Origin: Candidatus Tectimicrobiota bacterium | Lineage (GTDB): Bacteria > JACPSX01 | Reading direction: 5' to 3' | Assembly: GCA_016193065.1 (NCBI GenBank) | Contig: JACPSX010000032.1 | Location: forward strand, 1-37,630 | Length of the DNA: 37,630 nt | Shown: positions 28,962 through 37,630 of the stretch, piece after piece | Position numbering within the stretch: position 1 is the first letter of the stretch | Layout: each line of letters begins with the position of its first letter | The notes under the pieces: model-generated | The model's input: the letters and a program-made list of their open reading frames with translations, nothing else | The model's database searches: none | What the model was told of the DNA's origin: nothing | Made by a program: the position numbers and the translations under genes

Positions 28962-30176
28962 ATGGCTGAGGTTCGTTTCAATACGATTGAGGAGGCAATT
29001 GAAGACATTCGCCTCGGGAAGATGATCATCCTGGTGGACGATGAGGACAGGGAAAACGAGGGGGACCTGACCATTGCGGCGGAAAAGGTGACTCCGGAGG
29101 CGATTAATTTCATGGTCATGTATGGCCGGGGTCTGGTCTGTCTGGCTCTCAATCCCGAGCGGGTGGAGGAGCTCCGGCTGCCGCCGATGGCCAACGACAA
29201 CACTTCTCCCTTGGGGACGGCCTTCACAGTCTCCGTCGAGGCGAAGCATGGGGTAACGACCGGAATCTCAGCCGCAGACCGGGCGACGACCATTTTAGCT
29301 GCAATCCACCCGGATACCCGTCCTGAAGATCTGACCCGGCCCGGGCATGTCTTTCCTCTGAAAGCCCGCCAGGGTGGAGTTCTGGAGCGGGCCGGCCAGA
29401 CGGAGGGTTCCGTCGATCTGGCCCGGCTGGCCGGCCTCTATCCCGCCGCGGTGATCTGCGAGATCATGAACGATGACGGGACCATGGCACGAGTGCCACA
29501 GCTCATGGAGTTTGCCCGCAAACAGCAGATCAAGATCGCTACCATAAAGGATCTCATCCATTACCGCATGAAGCGGGAGACCTTCGTGAGGCGCGCCGTG
29601 GAAACCCGCATTCCCACGGAATACGGGGTCTTCAATCTGGTGGCCTTCGAGAACCTTCTGGACGACCAGATTCACGTCGCGCTGACCATGGGATCCATCT
29701 CCCCGGAAACTCCCACCCTTGTCCGGGTGCACTCCCAGTGCGTTACCGGGGACATTTTCGGTTCGCACCGGTGCGACTGCGGGGAACAGCTCCACGCAGC
29801 TATGGAGATGATCGCCGCCGAGGGGAAAGGAGTGCTTCTCTACCTGCACCAGGAGGGTCGTGGGATCGGCCTCCTGAACAAGCTCAAGGCGTACTCCTTG
29901 CAAGATCAGGGCAGGGACACGGTCCAGGCCAATCTCGATCTGGGTTTTAAACCCGATTTGCGGGAGTACGGCATGGGGGCTCAGATGCTCGCTGCTCTGG
30001 GTTTGGGGAAGATCCGTCTCATGACCAACAACCCGCGCAAAATTGTGGGACTGGATGGATATGGTTTGGAGGTCGTGGAGCGCGTGCCCCTGGAGATTCC
30101 TCCTTCCCAGGACAATCTGCGCTATCTGAAGACGAAAAAGGAAAAGCTCGGGCATCTGTTCTCAAACCTGGGGTAA
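28962..30176 (+). CDS. ribBA: DHBP synthase / GTP cyclohydrolase II
   Basis: [45 protein letters not shown]. Confidence 0.97.
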   Translation: MAEVRFNTIEEAIEDIRLGKMIILVDDEDRENEGDLTIAAEKVTPEAINFMVMYGRGLVCLALNPERVEELRLPPMANDNTSPLGTAFTVSVEAKHGVTTGISAADRATTILAAIHPDTRPEDLTRPGHVFPLKARQGGVLERAGQTEGSVDLARLAGLYPAAVICEIMNDDGTMARVPQLMEFARKQQIKIATIKDLIHYRMKRETFVRRAVETRIPTEYGVFNLVAFENLLDDQIHVALTMGSISPETPTLVRVHSQCVTGDIFGSHRCDCGEQLHAAMEMIAAEGKGVLLYLHQEGRGIGLLNKLKAYSLQDQGRDTVQANLDLGFKPDLREYGMGAQMLAALGLGKIRLMTNNPRKIVGLDGYGLEVVERVPLEIPPSQDNLRYLKTKKEKLGHLFSNLG

Positions 30177-30199
30177 GCCCCACAGCGGGAGGGTCCGAT

Positions 30200-30676
30200 A
30201 TGCCCAACATCTATGAGGGGAAGCTGAGAGGGGAAGGACTGAGATTTGGCATCGTGGTCAGCCGCTTTAATGAGTTTATAACCGGTCGCCTCCTCACGGG
30301 AGCTCTGGACGCTCTCTTCCGGAGCGGAGTTGTGGACAAGGATGTGGATGTGGTGAAAGTTCCCGGCTCTTTTGAAATCCCCTTCATGGCCCGCAAGCTC
30401 GGCCTGTCCAAGCACTATGATGCCGTCATCTGCCTGGGAGCCTTGATCCGGGGGGATACCCCTCATTTCGAGTACCTTGCCGCCGAGGTGACCAAGGGCG
30501 TCGCCAGCGCCGCCATGGAGGTCGGGGTGCCCATGATTTTCGGGGTACTCACCACCGATAATCTGGAACAGGCCATCCAGCGCGCCGGGAGCAAGGAAGG
30601 GAACAAGGGGTGGGAATCTGCCCTGTCTGCCATTGAAATGGTCAATTTACAAAGGGAACTGGGGAGCAAGAAGTAG
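30200..30676 (+). CDS. ribH: 6,7-dimethyl-8-ribityllumazine synthase
   Basis: [29 protein letters not shown]. Confidence 0.97.
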   Translation: MPNIYEGKLRGEGLRFGIVVSRFNEFITGRLLTGALDALFRSGVVDKDVDVVKVPGSFEIPFMARKLGLSKHYDAVICLGALIRGDTPHFEYLAAEVTKGVASAAMEVGVPMIFGVLTTDNLEQAIQRAGSKEGNKGWESALSAIEMVNLQRELGSKK

Positions 30677-30677
30677 C

Positions 30678-31094
30678 ATGGGGAAGAGACGGAAAGCCCG
30701 CGAGGCGGCTTTGCAAGCTCTCTATCAGGCCGATGTGACTTGGGAAGATAAGGGGGTTGAGCGGGCCGTATTGCTGGCGCGAGCAGGCCCCTTGGGTGAG
30801 GAGATGGATACCTTCACCGCTGAACTGGTGGATGGTACCTTGGCGCACAAGGAGGAAATCGACCGGGAAATCGGGCGCTGCAGCGAACACTGGACCCTGG
30901 ACCGAATGGGGGTCGTGGACCGCAACATCCTCCGCTTTGCCGCCTATGAACTCATGTTTCGCAACGACATTCCCGCCAGCGTCACGATTAACGAGGCCGT
31001 CGAGATCGCCAAGAAGTTCGGTTCCGAGGAATCCTCGATGTTTATCAACGGCATTCTGGACCGGATCCGAAGGGAATGCCAAAGGGACGCATGA
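30678..31094 (+). CDS. nusB: Transcription antitermination factor NusB
   Basis: RRKAREAALQALY, DRNILR, INEAVEIAK, FINGILD. Confidence 0.96.
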   Translation: MGKRRKAREAALQALYQADVTWEDKGVERAVLLARAGPLGEEMDTFTAELVDGTLAHKEEIDREIGRCSEHWTLDRMGVVDRNILRFAAYELMFRNDIPASVTINEAVEIAKKFGSEESSMFINGILDRIRRECQRDA

Positions 31095-31660
31095 AATTTT
31101 TCCTCTACCCCGCGGAGCTCACTCAAGCAAACTGTGAGCTTGTCTTCCTGCCGCTGTTCCAGGATCAAATTCCACTGAAGGGGGAGATCGGGTTTTTCGA
31201 TTGGTATTTGGACGGCCGGATTTCGCGGCTCCTCCGGCAGGGGAAACTCAAGGGGACCTTTGGCGAGTCCGGCTTGCTGCATGGGGCCGGGAAATTCCAG
31301 GTCGAGAAAGTCCTGGTGATCGGCCTGGGAGAGAGCTGGGGGTTGGCCAAGCGTGCCGAGCCCGTCTCCTCCCTGGTCGTGGATGTGATCTCCAAGCTGA
31401 AAGTATCCCACTTCGCCATGGCGATTCCGGGCCGGCTCCTCCCCCATCAGGACTATGAGAATCTGGCTGCTCAAGTCATCCAGGGGCTGGCAGACAGCGG
31501 AGGCCACCGCCAGTTCCCCCAGGTCATTGAGATCTATGAGCCGGACCGCAGGTTTTTCCAGTACCTCTCCACTTACTTCTCAGACCAGGTGGGGAACTGG
31601 GGCCCCGACATCACTTACGAGACCCGTGGGGCAACCGGTCCTTCCAGCAGCGGTGCATGA
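31091..31660 (+). CDS. Stand-alone peptidase M17 N-terminal-domain-like protein
   Basis: DWYLDGRISRL..G.L.G..GE and KVLVIGLG resemble the PepA N-domain; no catalytic M17 motifs; ATGA overlaps at both ends. Confidence 0.6.
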   Translation: MKFFLYPAELTQANCELVFLPLFQDQIPLKGEIGFFDWYLDGRISRLLRQGKLKGTFGESGLLHGAGKFQVEKVLVIGLGESWGLAKRAEPVSSLVVDVISKLKVSHFAMAIPGRLLPHQDYENLAAQVIQGLADSGGHRQFPQVIEIYEPDRRFFQYLSTYFSDQVGNWGPDITYETRGATGPSSSGA

Positions 31661-32385
31661 GAATCGGCATCTTCTCCGACGTTCACGGCAATCTGGAAGC
31701 GCTCCTGGTCGTGCTGGCCGGCCTGGAAGCGGAAAAAGTGGAGCGCCGGGCCTGCCTGGGGGATCTCGTGGGCTACGGCCCGGATCCCGGGGCCTGCATG
31801 GACCTGATTCGCCAACGCGCGGACGTGGTCCTGGCCGGAAACCACGACCACGCAGTTCTGGGGCTCACAGATATTTCTCTCTTTAATCCGTATGCACGGA
31901 CCGCCGTCCTTTGGACCCGAAGCCAGTTGACCCCGGCGGAGACTTCCTACCTGGCGGGTCTTCCCGTTTCTTGTTCTTGGGAGGGCCTGTGCCTGGCACA
32001 CTCCTCGCCGTGTGAGCCTGCAATGTGGCACTATGTCTTCTCGCTGGAAGAGGCGGAGACGAATTTCCACTGCTTCCGGGAGCCGATCTGTTTCGTGGGC
32101 CATTCCCATTCTCCCGCATTCTTTGTCCAAGAGGAGCCGGGCCGTGTGGTTTGCCGGCAGGCCACCCGGCTCGATATCGAGAAGGGCAAGCGTTACCTGA
32201 TCAATGTGGGGAGCGTGGGCCAGCCCAGGGATGGGGACCCTCGTGCCGGTTATTTGATTTACGACACGGACGCTGCCCGGATCGAGTTGAAACGGGTCGC
32301 ATACGATGTCGCCGCAACTCAGGCAAAGATGGCGCGGGCCGGCCTCCCCCGGTTTCTCATCGAGCGCTTGGCTGTCGGGCACTAG
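31657..32385 (+). CDS. Calcineurin-like metallophosphoesterase
   Basis: SDVHGN, LGDLVGYGP, GNHD, GHSH, NVGSVGQPRDG. Confidence 0.93.
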   Translation: MRIGIFSDVHGNLEALLVVLAGLEAEKVERRACLGDLVGYGPDPGACMDLIRQRADVVLAGNHDHAVLGLTDISLFNPYARTAVLWTRSQLTPAETSYLAGLPVSCSWEGLCLAHSSPCEPAMWHYVFSLEEAETNFHCFREPICFVGHSHSPAFFVQEEPGRVVCRQATRLDIEKGKRYLINVGSVGQPRDGDPRAGYLIYDTDAARIELKRVAYDVAATQAKMARAGLPRFLIERLAVGH

Positions 32386-32499
32386 GGATTGCGGGAAGGT
32401 GTTACCAACCTGCCGCTTCATGTCGTGCACGCAAACGATGGATCACAAGATGACAGAGGTTCGCCTGTCCTAGTTTCTGAGGGGTTGGCACACGGGCGA

Positions 32500-32620
32500 G
32501 GTCCTCGGGGGCGCCCCCTTGGGCTCCCGGAGAGCTTGCGACGAGAGATTTGCCGGCCGGATTGAGTATTCTGTACCTCGCAACCTCTCAGATCGCCTGC
32601 GGGGGCCACCCCCTCGGACC
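32500..32620. repeat. Palindromic repeat family A, copy 2
   Basis: Homologous to 5786-5908; GGTCC/GGACC closing stem; GAGAGCTTGCGA/TCGCAACCTCTC. Confidence 0.8.
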
Positions 32621-32692
32621 AAGATGACTAGCCCGCAGACCCGTTCGTGATTCCGCAGGCATACACTGGAGGTGGTAAGATCACAGTGGGAG

Positions 32693-32721
32693 TTGAGAAA
32701 GCGGGAGGTTTGTGCTAATCT
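32693..32721 (+). promoter_or_regulatory. Putative promoter of leuS operon
   Basis: TTGAGA-N17-TAATCT with extended -10 TGn. Confidence 0.55.
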
Positions 32722-32791
32722 GCATAATTTAAATAGCTTGGGCAGTGGAATGCAGGGGACACGGAAAATGCAGAAAGGATAGTTGGCAGGG

Positions 32792-35284
32792 ATGGAAGAA
32801 CATTACGATCCCCAGGAAATCGAGCTCAAGTGGCAGAAGCGCTGGGAGGAGAAAAACCTCTTTCGCGTCACGGAAGCAGCCGGGAAGCCAAAGTACTACC
32901 TTCTCGAGATGTTTCCCTACCCTTCGGGGAAAATCCACATGGGGCACGTGCGCAATTACTCGATCGGGGACGTGTTGGCGCGCAGCTTGCGCATGAAGGG
33001 AGTGAACGTTTTGCACCCCATGGGCTGGGATGCCTTCGGCCTGCCGGCGGAAAATGCCGCCATCCAGCACAATACTCACCCGGCCCGCTGGACTTTCGAC
33101 AACATTCGCACGATGCGCGCTCAGCTCAAACGCCTGGGGCTCAGCTATGACTGGGAGCGAGAGGTAGCTTCCTGCCATCCGGGATACTACCGATGGACCC
33201 AGTGGCTTTTCCTCAAAATGCTGGAGCGGGGATTGGCGTACCGGAAAATGGCTCTGGTCAACTGGTGCGGTTCCTGCCAGACGGTCCTCGCCAACGAGCA
33301 GGTGGAAGGGGGGTGCTGCTGGCGCTGCGGGGAGCCTGTGGGTGAAAAAGAGGTAGAGGGATGGTTTCTGAAGATCACGGACTACGCTGAGCGCCTTCTC
33401 CAGGGGTGCGACAAGCTTGCGGAGGGCTGGCCCGAGCGGGTGCTGGTCATGCAGCGGAACTGGATCGGCAAGAGCTTTGGGGCCGAAGTTTCCTTCCCCG
33501 TGGAGGGAGCCGCCGCAGAGATCCGGATCTTTACGACCCGTTCCGACACTCTCTACGGGGCGACTTTCATGATCCTGGCGCCTGAGCATCCCCTGGTCAA
33601 GCGGCTTGTGGCGGGTACTGCTCAGGAAGCTGCGGTCCTGGAGTTTGTGCGACAGGTGGCCCGGGAGGACCGACTGCTGCGCGGCGCCGAGACGACCGAG
33701 AAACGGGGGGTTTTTACCGGCCGTTGCGCCATCAACCCTCTGACCGGAAAACCCATTCCCATTTGGGTGGCCAATTACGTCTTGATGGAGTACGGCACCG
33801 GGGCCATCATGGCGGTGCCCGCTCATGACCAGCGGGATCTGGAATTTGCCCGCAAGTACGCTCTCCCGGTGCGCGTCGTCATCTATCCCCGGCAGGGGGA
33901 AATTGATGAGAAAACGATGACCGAGGCGTATGTGGAGGCGGGCTATCTGGTGAATTCGGGACGGTTCAACGGTCTTGGCAACGAAGAGGCCCAAGGGAAA
34001 ATCATCGCCTACCTGGAGGAGAAAAAAATCGGCCGCGGAGCCGTCAATTACCGCCTGCGCGACTGGGGGATCTCGCGGCAACGCTACTGGGGTTGCCCGA
34101 TTCCCGTAGTCTATTGCCAGGAGTGTGATGTCATCCCCGTCCCTTACGAAGATTTGCCGGTGATTCTGCCGCTTGATGTCCCCGTGACGCCAGAAGGGGG
34201 CTCTCCGCTGGGCCGAGACAGCCGCTTCGTGGAGAGCTCCTGCCCCCGTTGCGGTGGCCGGGCCCGGCGGGAAACGGATACGATGGACACGTTTATCTGC
34301 TCCTCCTGGTATTTTGACCGCTACACCTCCCCCCGTTTTGAAGAAGGACCCGTGGATCCCAAAGCGATCCGCTACTGGATGCCGGTCGACCAGTACATCG
34401 GCGGCATCGAACATGCCGTCCTGCATCTGTTGTACGCCCGGTTTTTCACCATGGTTCTCAAGGACATGGGTCTGATCCACGTGGAGGAACCGTTTCAGCG
34501 GCTCCTGACCCAGGGGATGGTGATCAAGGACGGGGCCAAGATGGCCAAGTCCAAGGGGAACGTGGTCGATCCCGACGCAATCATCCGCCGTTATGGTGCC
34601 GACACTGCCCGCCTCTTCATCCTGTTTGCCGCGCCTCCGGAAAAAGATCTGGAATGGAGCGATCAGGGGGTGGAGGGGAGCCACCGGTTTCTGCAGCGGC
34701 TCTGGCGCCTGGTGCAGCAGCATCGGGAGCGCCTGGCCGGGGTGAACCTCCCCTGCGATGGAGCCGGAAGCCTTCCGGAGCCGCTGCGGCAGTTGCGCCG
34801 CCGCACTCATCTGACCGTGAAACGGGTGACGGAAGATCTCGGGGATCGGTTTCACTTCAACACTGCCCTGAGCGCCATCATGGAGCTGGTCAACGATCTG
34901 TACCGCTTCGACGTCGAGGCCCAGAATTCCCCGGCGGCCGCCGGCGTTTTGCGGGAGGCCCTGGAGATCTGCCTGCAGCTCCTGTCGCCGTTTGCACCGC
35001 ACCTGGCCGATGAGCTCTGGGAGCAACTGGGACACACGTCCTGCCTTATCGAACATCCCTGGCCCACCTGGGATCCGGCCTGCATCGAGGCTCAAGAGCA
35101 CTTGATCGTGGTCCAGGTAAACGGCAAGGTGCGCGGGAAGTTGACGATCAGACCGGGAACCCCGGAAGAGGAGATCCGGCGCCTGGCCCTGGAAAACGAC
35201 CGGGTGCAGCGCTGGACCGCGGGGAAAGAGGTGAAGAAGATCGTGGTGGTTCCCGAGAAGCTCGTGAACGTGGTGGTGGCATGA
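32792..35284 (+). CDS. leuS: Leucine--tRNA ligase
   Basis: [13 protein letters not shown], editing domain [27 protein letters not shown]. Start ATG 32792 or TTG 32783. Confidence 0.98.
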   Translation: MEEHYDPQEIELKWQKRWEEKNLFRVTEAAGKPKYYLLEMFPYPSGKIHMGHVRNYSIGDVLARSLRMKGVNVLHPMGWDAFGLPAENAAIQHNTHPARWTFDNIRTMRAQLKRLGLSYDWEREVASCHPGYYRWTQWLFLKMLERGLAYRKMALVNWCGSCQTVLANEQVEGGCCWRCGEPVGEKEVEGWFLKITDYAERLLQGCDKLAEGWPERVLVMQRNWIGKSFGAEVSFPVEGAAAEIRIFTTRSDTLYGATFMILAPEHPLVKRLVAGTAQEAAVLEFVRQVAREDRLLRGAETTEKRGVFTGRCAINPLTGKPIPIWVANYVLMEYGTGAIMAVPAHDQRDLEFARKYALPVRVVIYPRQGEIDEKTMTEAYVEAGYLVNSGRFNGLGNEEAQGKIIAYLEEKKIGRGAVNYRLRDWGISRQRYWGCPIPVVYCQECDVIPVPYEDLPVILPLDVPVTPEGGSPLGRDSRFVESSCPRCGGRARRETDTMDTFICSSWYFDRYTSPRFEEGPVDPKAIRYWMPVDQYIGGIEHAVLHLLYARFFTMVLKDMGLIHVEEPFQRLLTQGMVIKDGAKMAKSKGNVVDPDAIIRRYGADTARLFILFAAPPEKDLEWSDQGVEGSHRFLQRLWRLVQQHRERLAGVNLPCDGAGSLPEPLRQLRRRTHLTVKRVTEDLGDRFHFNTALSAIMELVNDLYRFDVEAQNSPAAAGVLREALEICLQLLSPFAPHLADELWEQLGHTSCLIEHPWPTWDPACIEAQEHLIVVQVNGKVRGKLTIRPGTPEEEIRRLALENDRVQRWTAGKEVKKIVVVPEKLVNVVVA

Positions 35285-35799
35285 GCCGGCCAAAAGCTCT
35301 TGTGCGGGCGGTGCCGCTGTTGGTCCTGCTGTTGGCAGGGTGCGGGTACCAACTGGTGGGCAAAGCCCGCAGCCTTCCTCCCGACATTCAAAAGGTGGCC
35401 ATCGTCCAGTTCGAAAATCACTCCCAGAAACCCGGGGTGGAGCGCACCCTCACCGACGCGGTGAAAGAGGAATTCATTGCCGACGGCCGCCTGACCCTGA
35501 CGTCCGGAGAAACCGCCGATCTCCTCGTGACCGCTGCTATTCGCGCCTACACGTTGGAGCCTGTCACCTTCAACCCCTCGGATCGGGTTAATGACTACCG
35601 CCTGTACCTGGAGGCCGATGTGACGGTGAGGGATCTGGTGCGCAAAAAGTTGTGGCTCAAGCAGCGTCTCAGCACGAAAACCGATTTCCGGGTCACGGCC
35701 GATGTGGCTTCTTCGGATGTGGCCGAGAGCGCTGCTGCCCGCCATGGTTCACGGGAGTTTGCCCAGCAGTTTTTGAACCTGGTTCTGGAGGGATTCTGA
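35281..35799 (+). CDS. lptE: LPS assembly lipoprotein LptE family
   Basis: Lipobox LAGC-GY; conserved leuS-lptE-holA order. Confidence 0.85.
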   Translation: MSRPKALVRAVPLLVLLLAGCGYQLVGKARSLPPDIQKVAIVQFENHSQKPGVERTLTDAVKEEFIADGRLTLTSGETADLLVTAAIRAYTLEPVTFNPSDRVNDYRLYLEADVTVRDLVRKKLWLKQRLSTKTDFRVTADVASSDVAESAAARHGSREFAQQFLNLVLEGF

Positions 35800-36800
35800 A
35801 CTTCCGCGCTTTCCTCTCCCATCTGGAAAAAGAGCCGCTGCGCTCCATTTACCTGTTCACAGGCGAGGAATCCTACTTTCACGAGGAGGGCTTCCGGCGT
35901 CTGCTGGCCCGGGCGGTCCTCCCCGGGCAAGAGGCGACCAACCGGGAAGTTTTTTCAGGAGGGGAGATCAACTGCGCCCATCTGGCCCACCGGATTGAGA
36001 GCTCCACCCTGTTCAGCGGAGGCCGCCTGGTGGTTCTACGTCAGGCCCAGGATCTCGACCTGCGAGGTGAAGATTTTCTGCGGCGGGCGTTGACTCCTGC
36101 CCCCCCCAGTCTCACCTTCCTTGCTCTGTTTCCCACCAAGTCCCTTCCCGGGGGAGGGCTATGGGATCAACTGAGCCAGACCGCCGTCACGGTGGACTGT
36201 GCTCCTCTGCGGGGGACCGCCTTGCGGCGTTACCTGAAAGATCTGTTCGCTCAAGAAGGGGTCAGCGTGGAGGAAGAAGCTTTGCAACTCCTGGTTTCCC
36301 TGGTGGGGGAGGAACTCCCCCGCCTGCACCAGGAGCAGGAAAAGCTGGTTCTTTACCTGGGCTCGGGCGGAGGACATGTGGGTGGCGAGCTGGTCGAAAG
36401 AATGATTGCGGGCCACAGGATGCATTCGGTGTTCGAACTCACGGATGCCCTGGGAGAAAAGAATCTCGGCAGGAGCCTCACTTTGCTGCATCGACTTCTT
36501 GCCCAGGGCGCCCCTCCTTTGCAAGTCTTGCACCTGCTGGCCCGCCAGCTCCGGCTCTTGCTGGAGATCAAAGCCCTCAAGCCGAAAGGCGCGCCGGCCG
36601 GGCAAGTGGCCAGAGTTCTCGGGGTCCCCCCGTATCGGCTCGAAGAGAATTATGCGATGGCGAACCGGTTCACGGCTGTGGAGCTTGCCCGCAGCCTGCT
36701 CCGCTTGCAGGAGGCCGAGATGGAGCTGAAGACGTCAGACCATTCCCCCCGGCGGGTTCTGGAAGGGTTCTTTCTGGACGTCCACAGCCCGGGCCTGTAG
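35796..36800 (+). CDS. holA: DNA polymerase III delta subunit
   Basis: IYLFTGEE, LFSGGRLVV, EQEKLVLY, VFELTDAL, ELKTS; start uncertain (CTG 35796 or GTG 35652). Confidence 0.9.
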   Translation: MNFRAFLSHLEKEPLRSIYLFTGEESYFHEEGFRRLLARAVLPGQEATNREVFSGGEINCAHLAHRIESSTLFSGGRLVVLRQAQDLDLRGEDFLRRALTPAPPSLTFLALFPTKSLPGGGLWDQLSQTAVTVDCAPLRGTALRRYLKDLFAQEGVSVEEEALQLLVSLVGEELPRLHQEQEKLVLYLGSGGGHVGGELVERMIAGHRMHSVFELTDALGEKNLGRSLTLLHRLLAQGAPPLQVLHLLARQLRLLLEIKALKPKGAPAGQVARVLGVPPYRLEENYAMANRFTAVELARSLLRLQEAEMELKTSDHSPRRVLEGFFLDVHSPGL

Positions 36801-36817
36801 AACTCCGGAGGGATCTG

Positions 36818-37099
36818 TCAGGAGGGATTTTTTCCGGTGAGAGTCTTTGACACCTGCGCGGTCAGGCGCGAAATTTTCCGTGAGGCGTTGTTCTTATGAA
36901 TGAGACCCTTGGAGGCAGTCTTGGCAATTACGGGGACGGCCTCGCGCAGAGCCTTCTCGGCCGACTCCCGATCTCCTGCTGCCGCCGCCTCACGAACGCG
37001 GCGCACCGCTGTCCGCATGGCCGACCTGGCCGCCTTGTTGCGCGCGGTGCGGCCTGCGGTTTGACGGACCCGCTTGCGGGTCGTTTTGCTTGTACCCAC
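36818..37099 (-). CDS. rpsT: 30S ribosomal protein S20
   Basis: KRVRQ..RTARNKAARSAMRTAV, KGLIHKNNASRKISRL; GGAGG before GTG. Confidence 0.97.
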   Translation of the reverse strand: MGTSKTTRKRVRQTAGRTARNKAARSAMRTAVRRVREAAAAGDRESAEKALREAVPVIAKTASKGLIHKNNASRKISRLTAQVSKTLTGKNPS

Positions 37100-37131
37100 T
37101 TGGTTTCCTCCTCAGAGACAATCGCTTGCAT

Positions 37132-37160
37132 CAGGTACCACAAGGGCTTTCCCCTGTCAA
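37132..37160 (-). promoter_or_regulatory. Putative rpsT promoter
   Basis: Minus strand TTGACA-N17-TACCTG with TGn extension; the -10 is imperfect. Confidence 0.45.
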
Positions 37161-37210
37161 GGCCTTTCTCCCCTTGCCTACCCCCAGTTTCTGCCTGCGC
37201 TATTGCGATC

Positions 37211-37412
37211 GGGACTGCCCTCCCGCCCTTCGCTTCACGCCTCCCGCAGCGACCCTTCTCGGGGCGCCCAGGGTGGGAGCCCTCCGCTACCGCCACGGTA
37301 AGTTCACGGCTGCCTGCAAGCACGTCTAGGCTACGCGGTTTCCCATCCCTGGCCGCTCCCGGTGGGTCCCCGCTGCTCCCGGCAGTTTCGCTCAGGGCGG
37401 GAATGGCAGCCC
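37211..37412. repeat. Palindromic repeat family D, copy 2, with a different 133-nt palindromic cargo
   Basis: Left arm 16/16 and right arm 31/34 identical to copy 1; interior 37237-37369 self-complementary (GACCC/GGGTC, CCAGGG-TGGGA/TCCCA-T-CCCTGG). Confidence 0.85.
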
Positions 37413-37472
37413 TCTCAATGCTCTCCCTTCTAGGGGGTAGCTCCTGCAGGCGACCGAACAGGGTTGCTGGAA

Positions 37473-37630
37473 GAGACCGGGTGTCCCCCGCAGGGCGACT
37501 TGGCCCCAGTCCGAAATTCTTGGCCGGCGTCGTCCCGCACGGGCCAGCGGGTGGCGCCGGGGAAGCCTCCGCGGAGGCGCGCGAAAGTGGGACCCTCGTC
37601 AGGGTGGCGGAGCGCGGATCGAGGAGGCGA
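37473..37630. repeat. Palindromic repeat family C, copy 2 (truncated by window end)
   Basis: 149/158 identical to 5951-6108. Confidence 0.9.

Noticed and set aside
32386..32790. T-box leader for leuS
   Set aside because: No TGGNACCGCG T-box motif or terminator; the predicted promoter lies only about 70 nt from the start.
34537..34554. KMAKS instead of KMSKS in LeuRS
   Set aside because: A single conservative change that keeps the catalytic lysine; variation in this motif is common.
32729..35293. 854-aa antisense ORF over leuS, and similar long antisense ORFs over ffh, hom, lysC, cimA, ppdK and the sigma gene
   Set aside because: Expected shadow ORFs from GC-rich codon bias; no recognisable domains or RBS.

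Overview
GC-rich bacterial chromosomal region, mostly housekeeping genes. The trmD+PF09936, hom-lysC-cimA and glyQS-ppdK arrangements suggest a Deltaproteobacteria/Nitrospinota/Tectomicrobia-like organism, but taxonomy cannot be fixed from the sequence alone. Gene order: (-) lytic transglycosylase <- short sigma70-family factor <- hspR <- hsp20, behind a clear sigma70 promoter overlapped by a HAIR-like operator; bamD(-); queG(+); polysaccharide deacetylase(-); ffh-rpsP-khpA-rimM-trmD-SPOUT MTase-rplS-rnhB-yraN; Tat-signal DUF3108-like gene(-); fur-argS; alaC-like aminotransferase-hom-lysC-cimA-glyQ-glyS-ppdK; FMN riboswitch-ribD-ribE-ribBA-ribH-nusB-M17 N-domain protein-metallophosphoesterase; leuS-lptE-holA; rpsT(-). 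I saw no transposase, integrase, CRISPR, tRNA or rRNA. The unexplained signal is largely non-coding: at least five families of imperfect palindromic repeats. They recur across the window, nest inside one another and swap internal cargo. One shows compensatory base-pair changes, one expands tandemly, and one appears to be inserted in-frame in trmD. Also notable are an FMN riboswitch lacking its P2 hairpin, a possible HspR-controlled alternative sigma factor, and a likely CTG start for holA.
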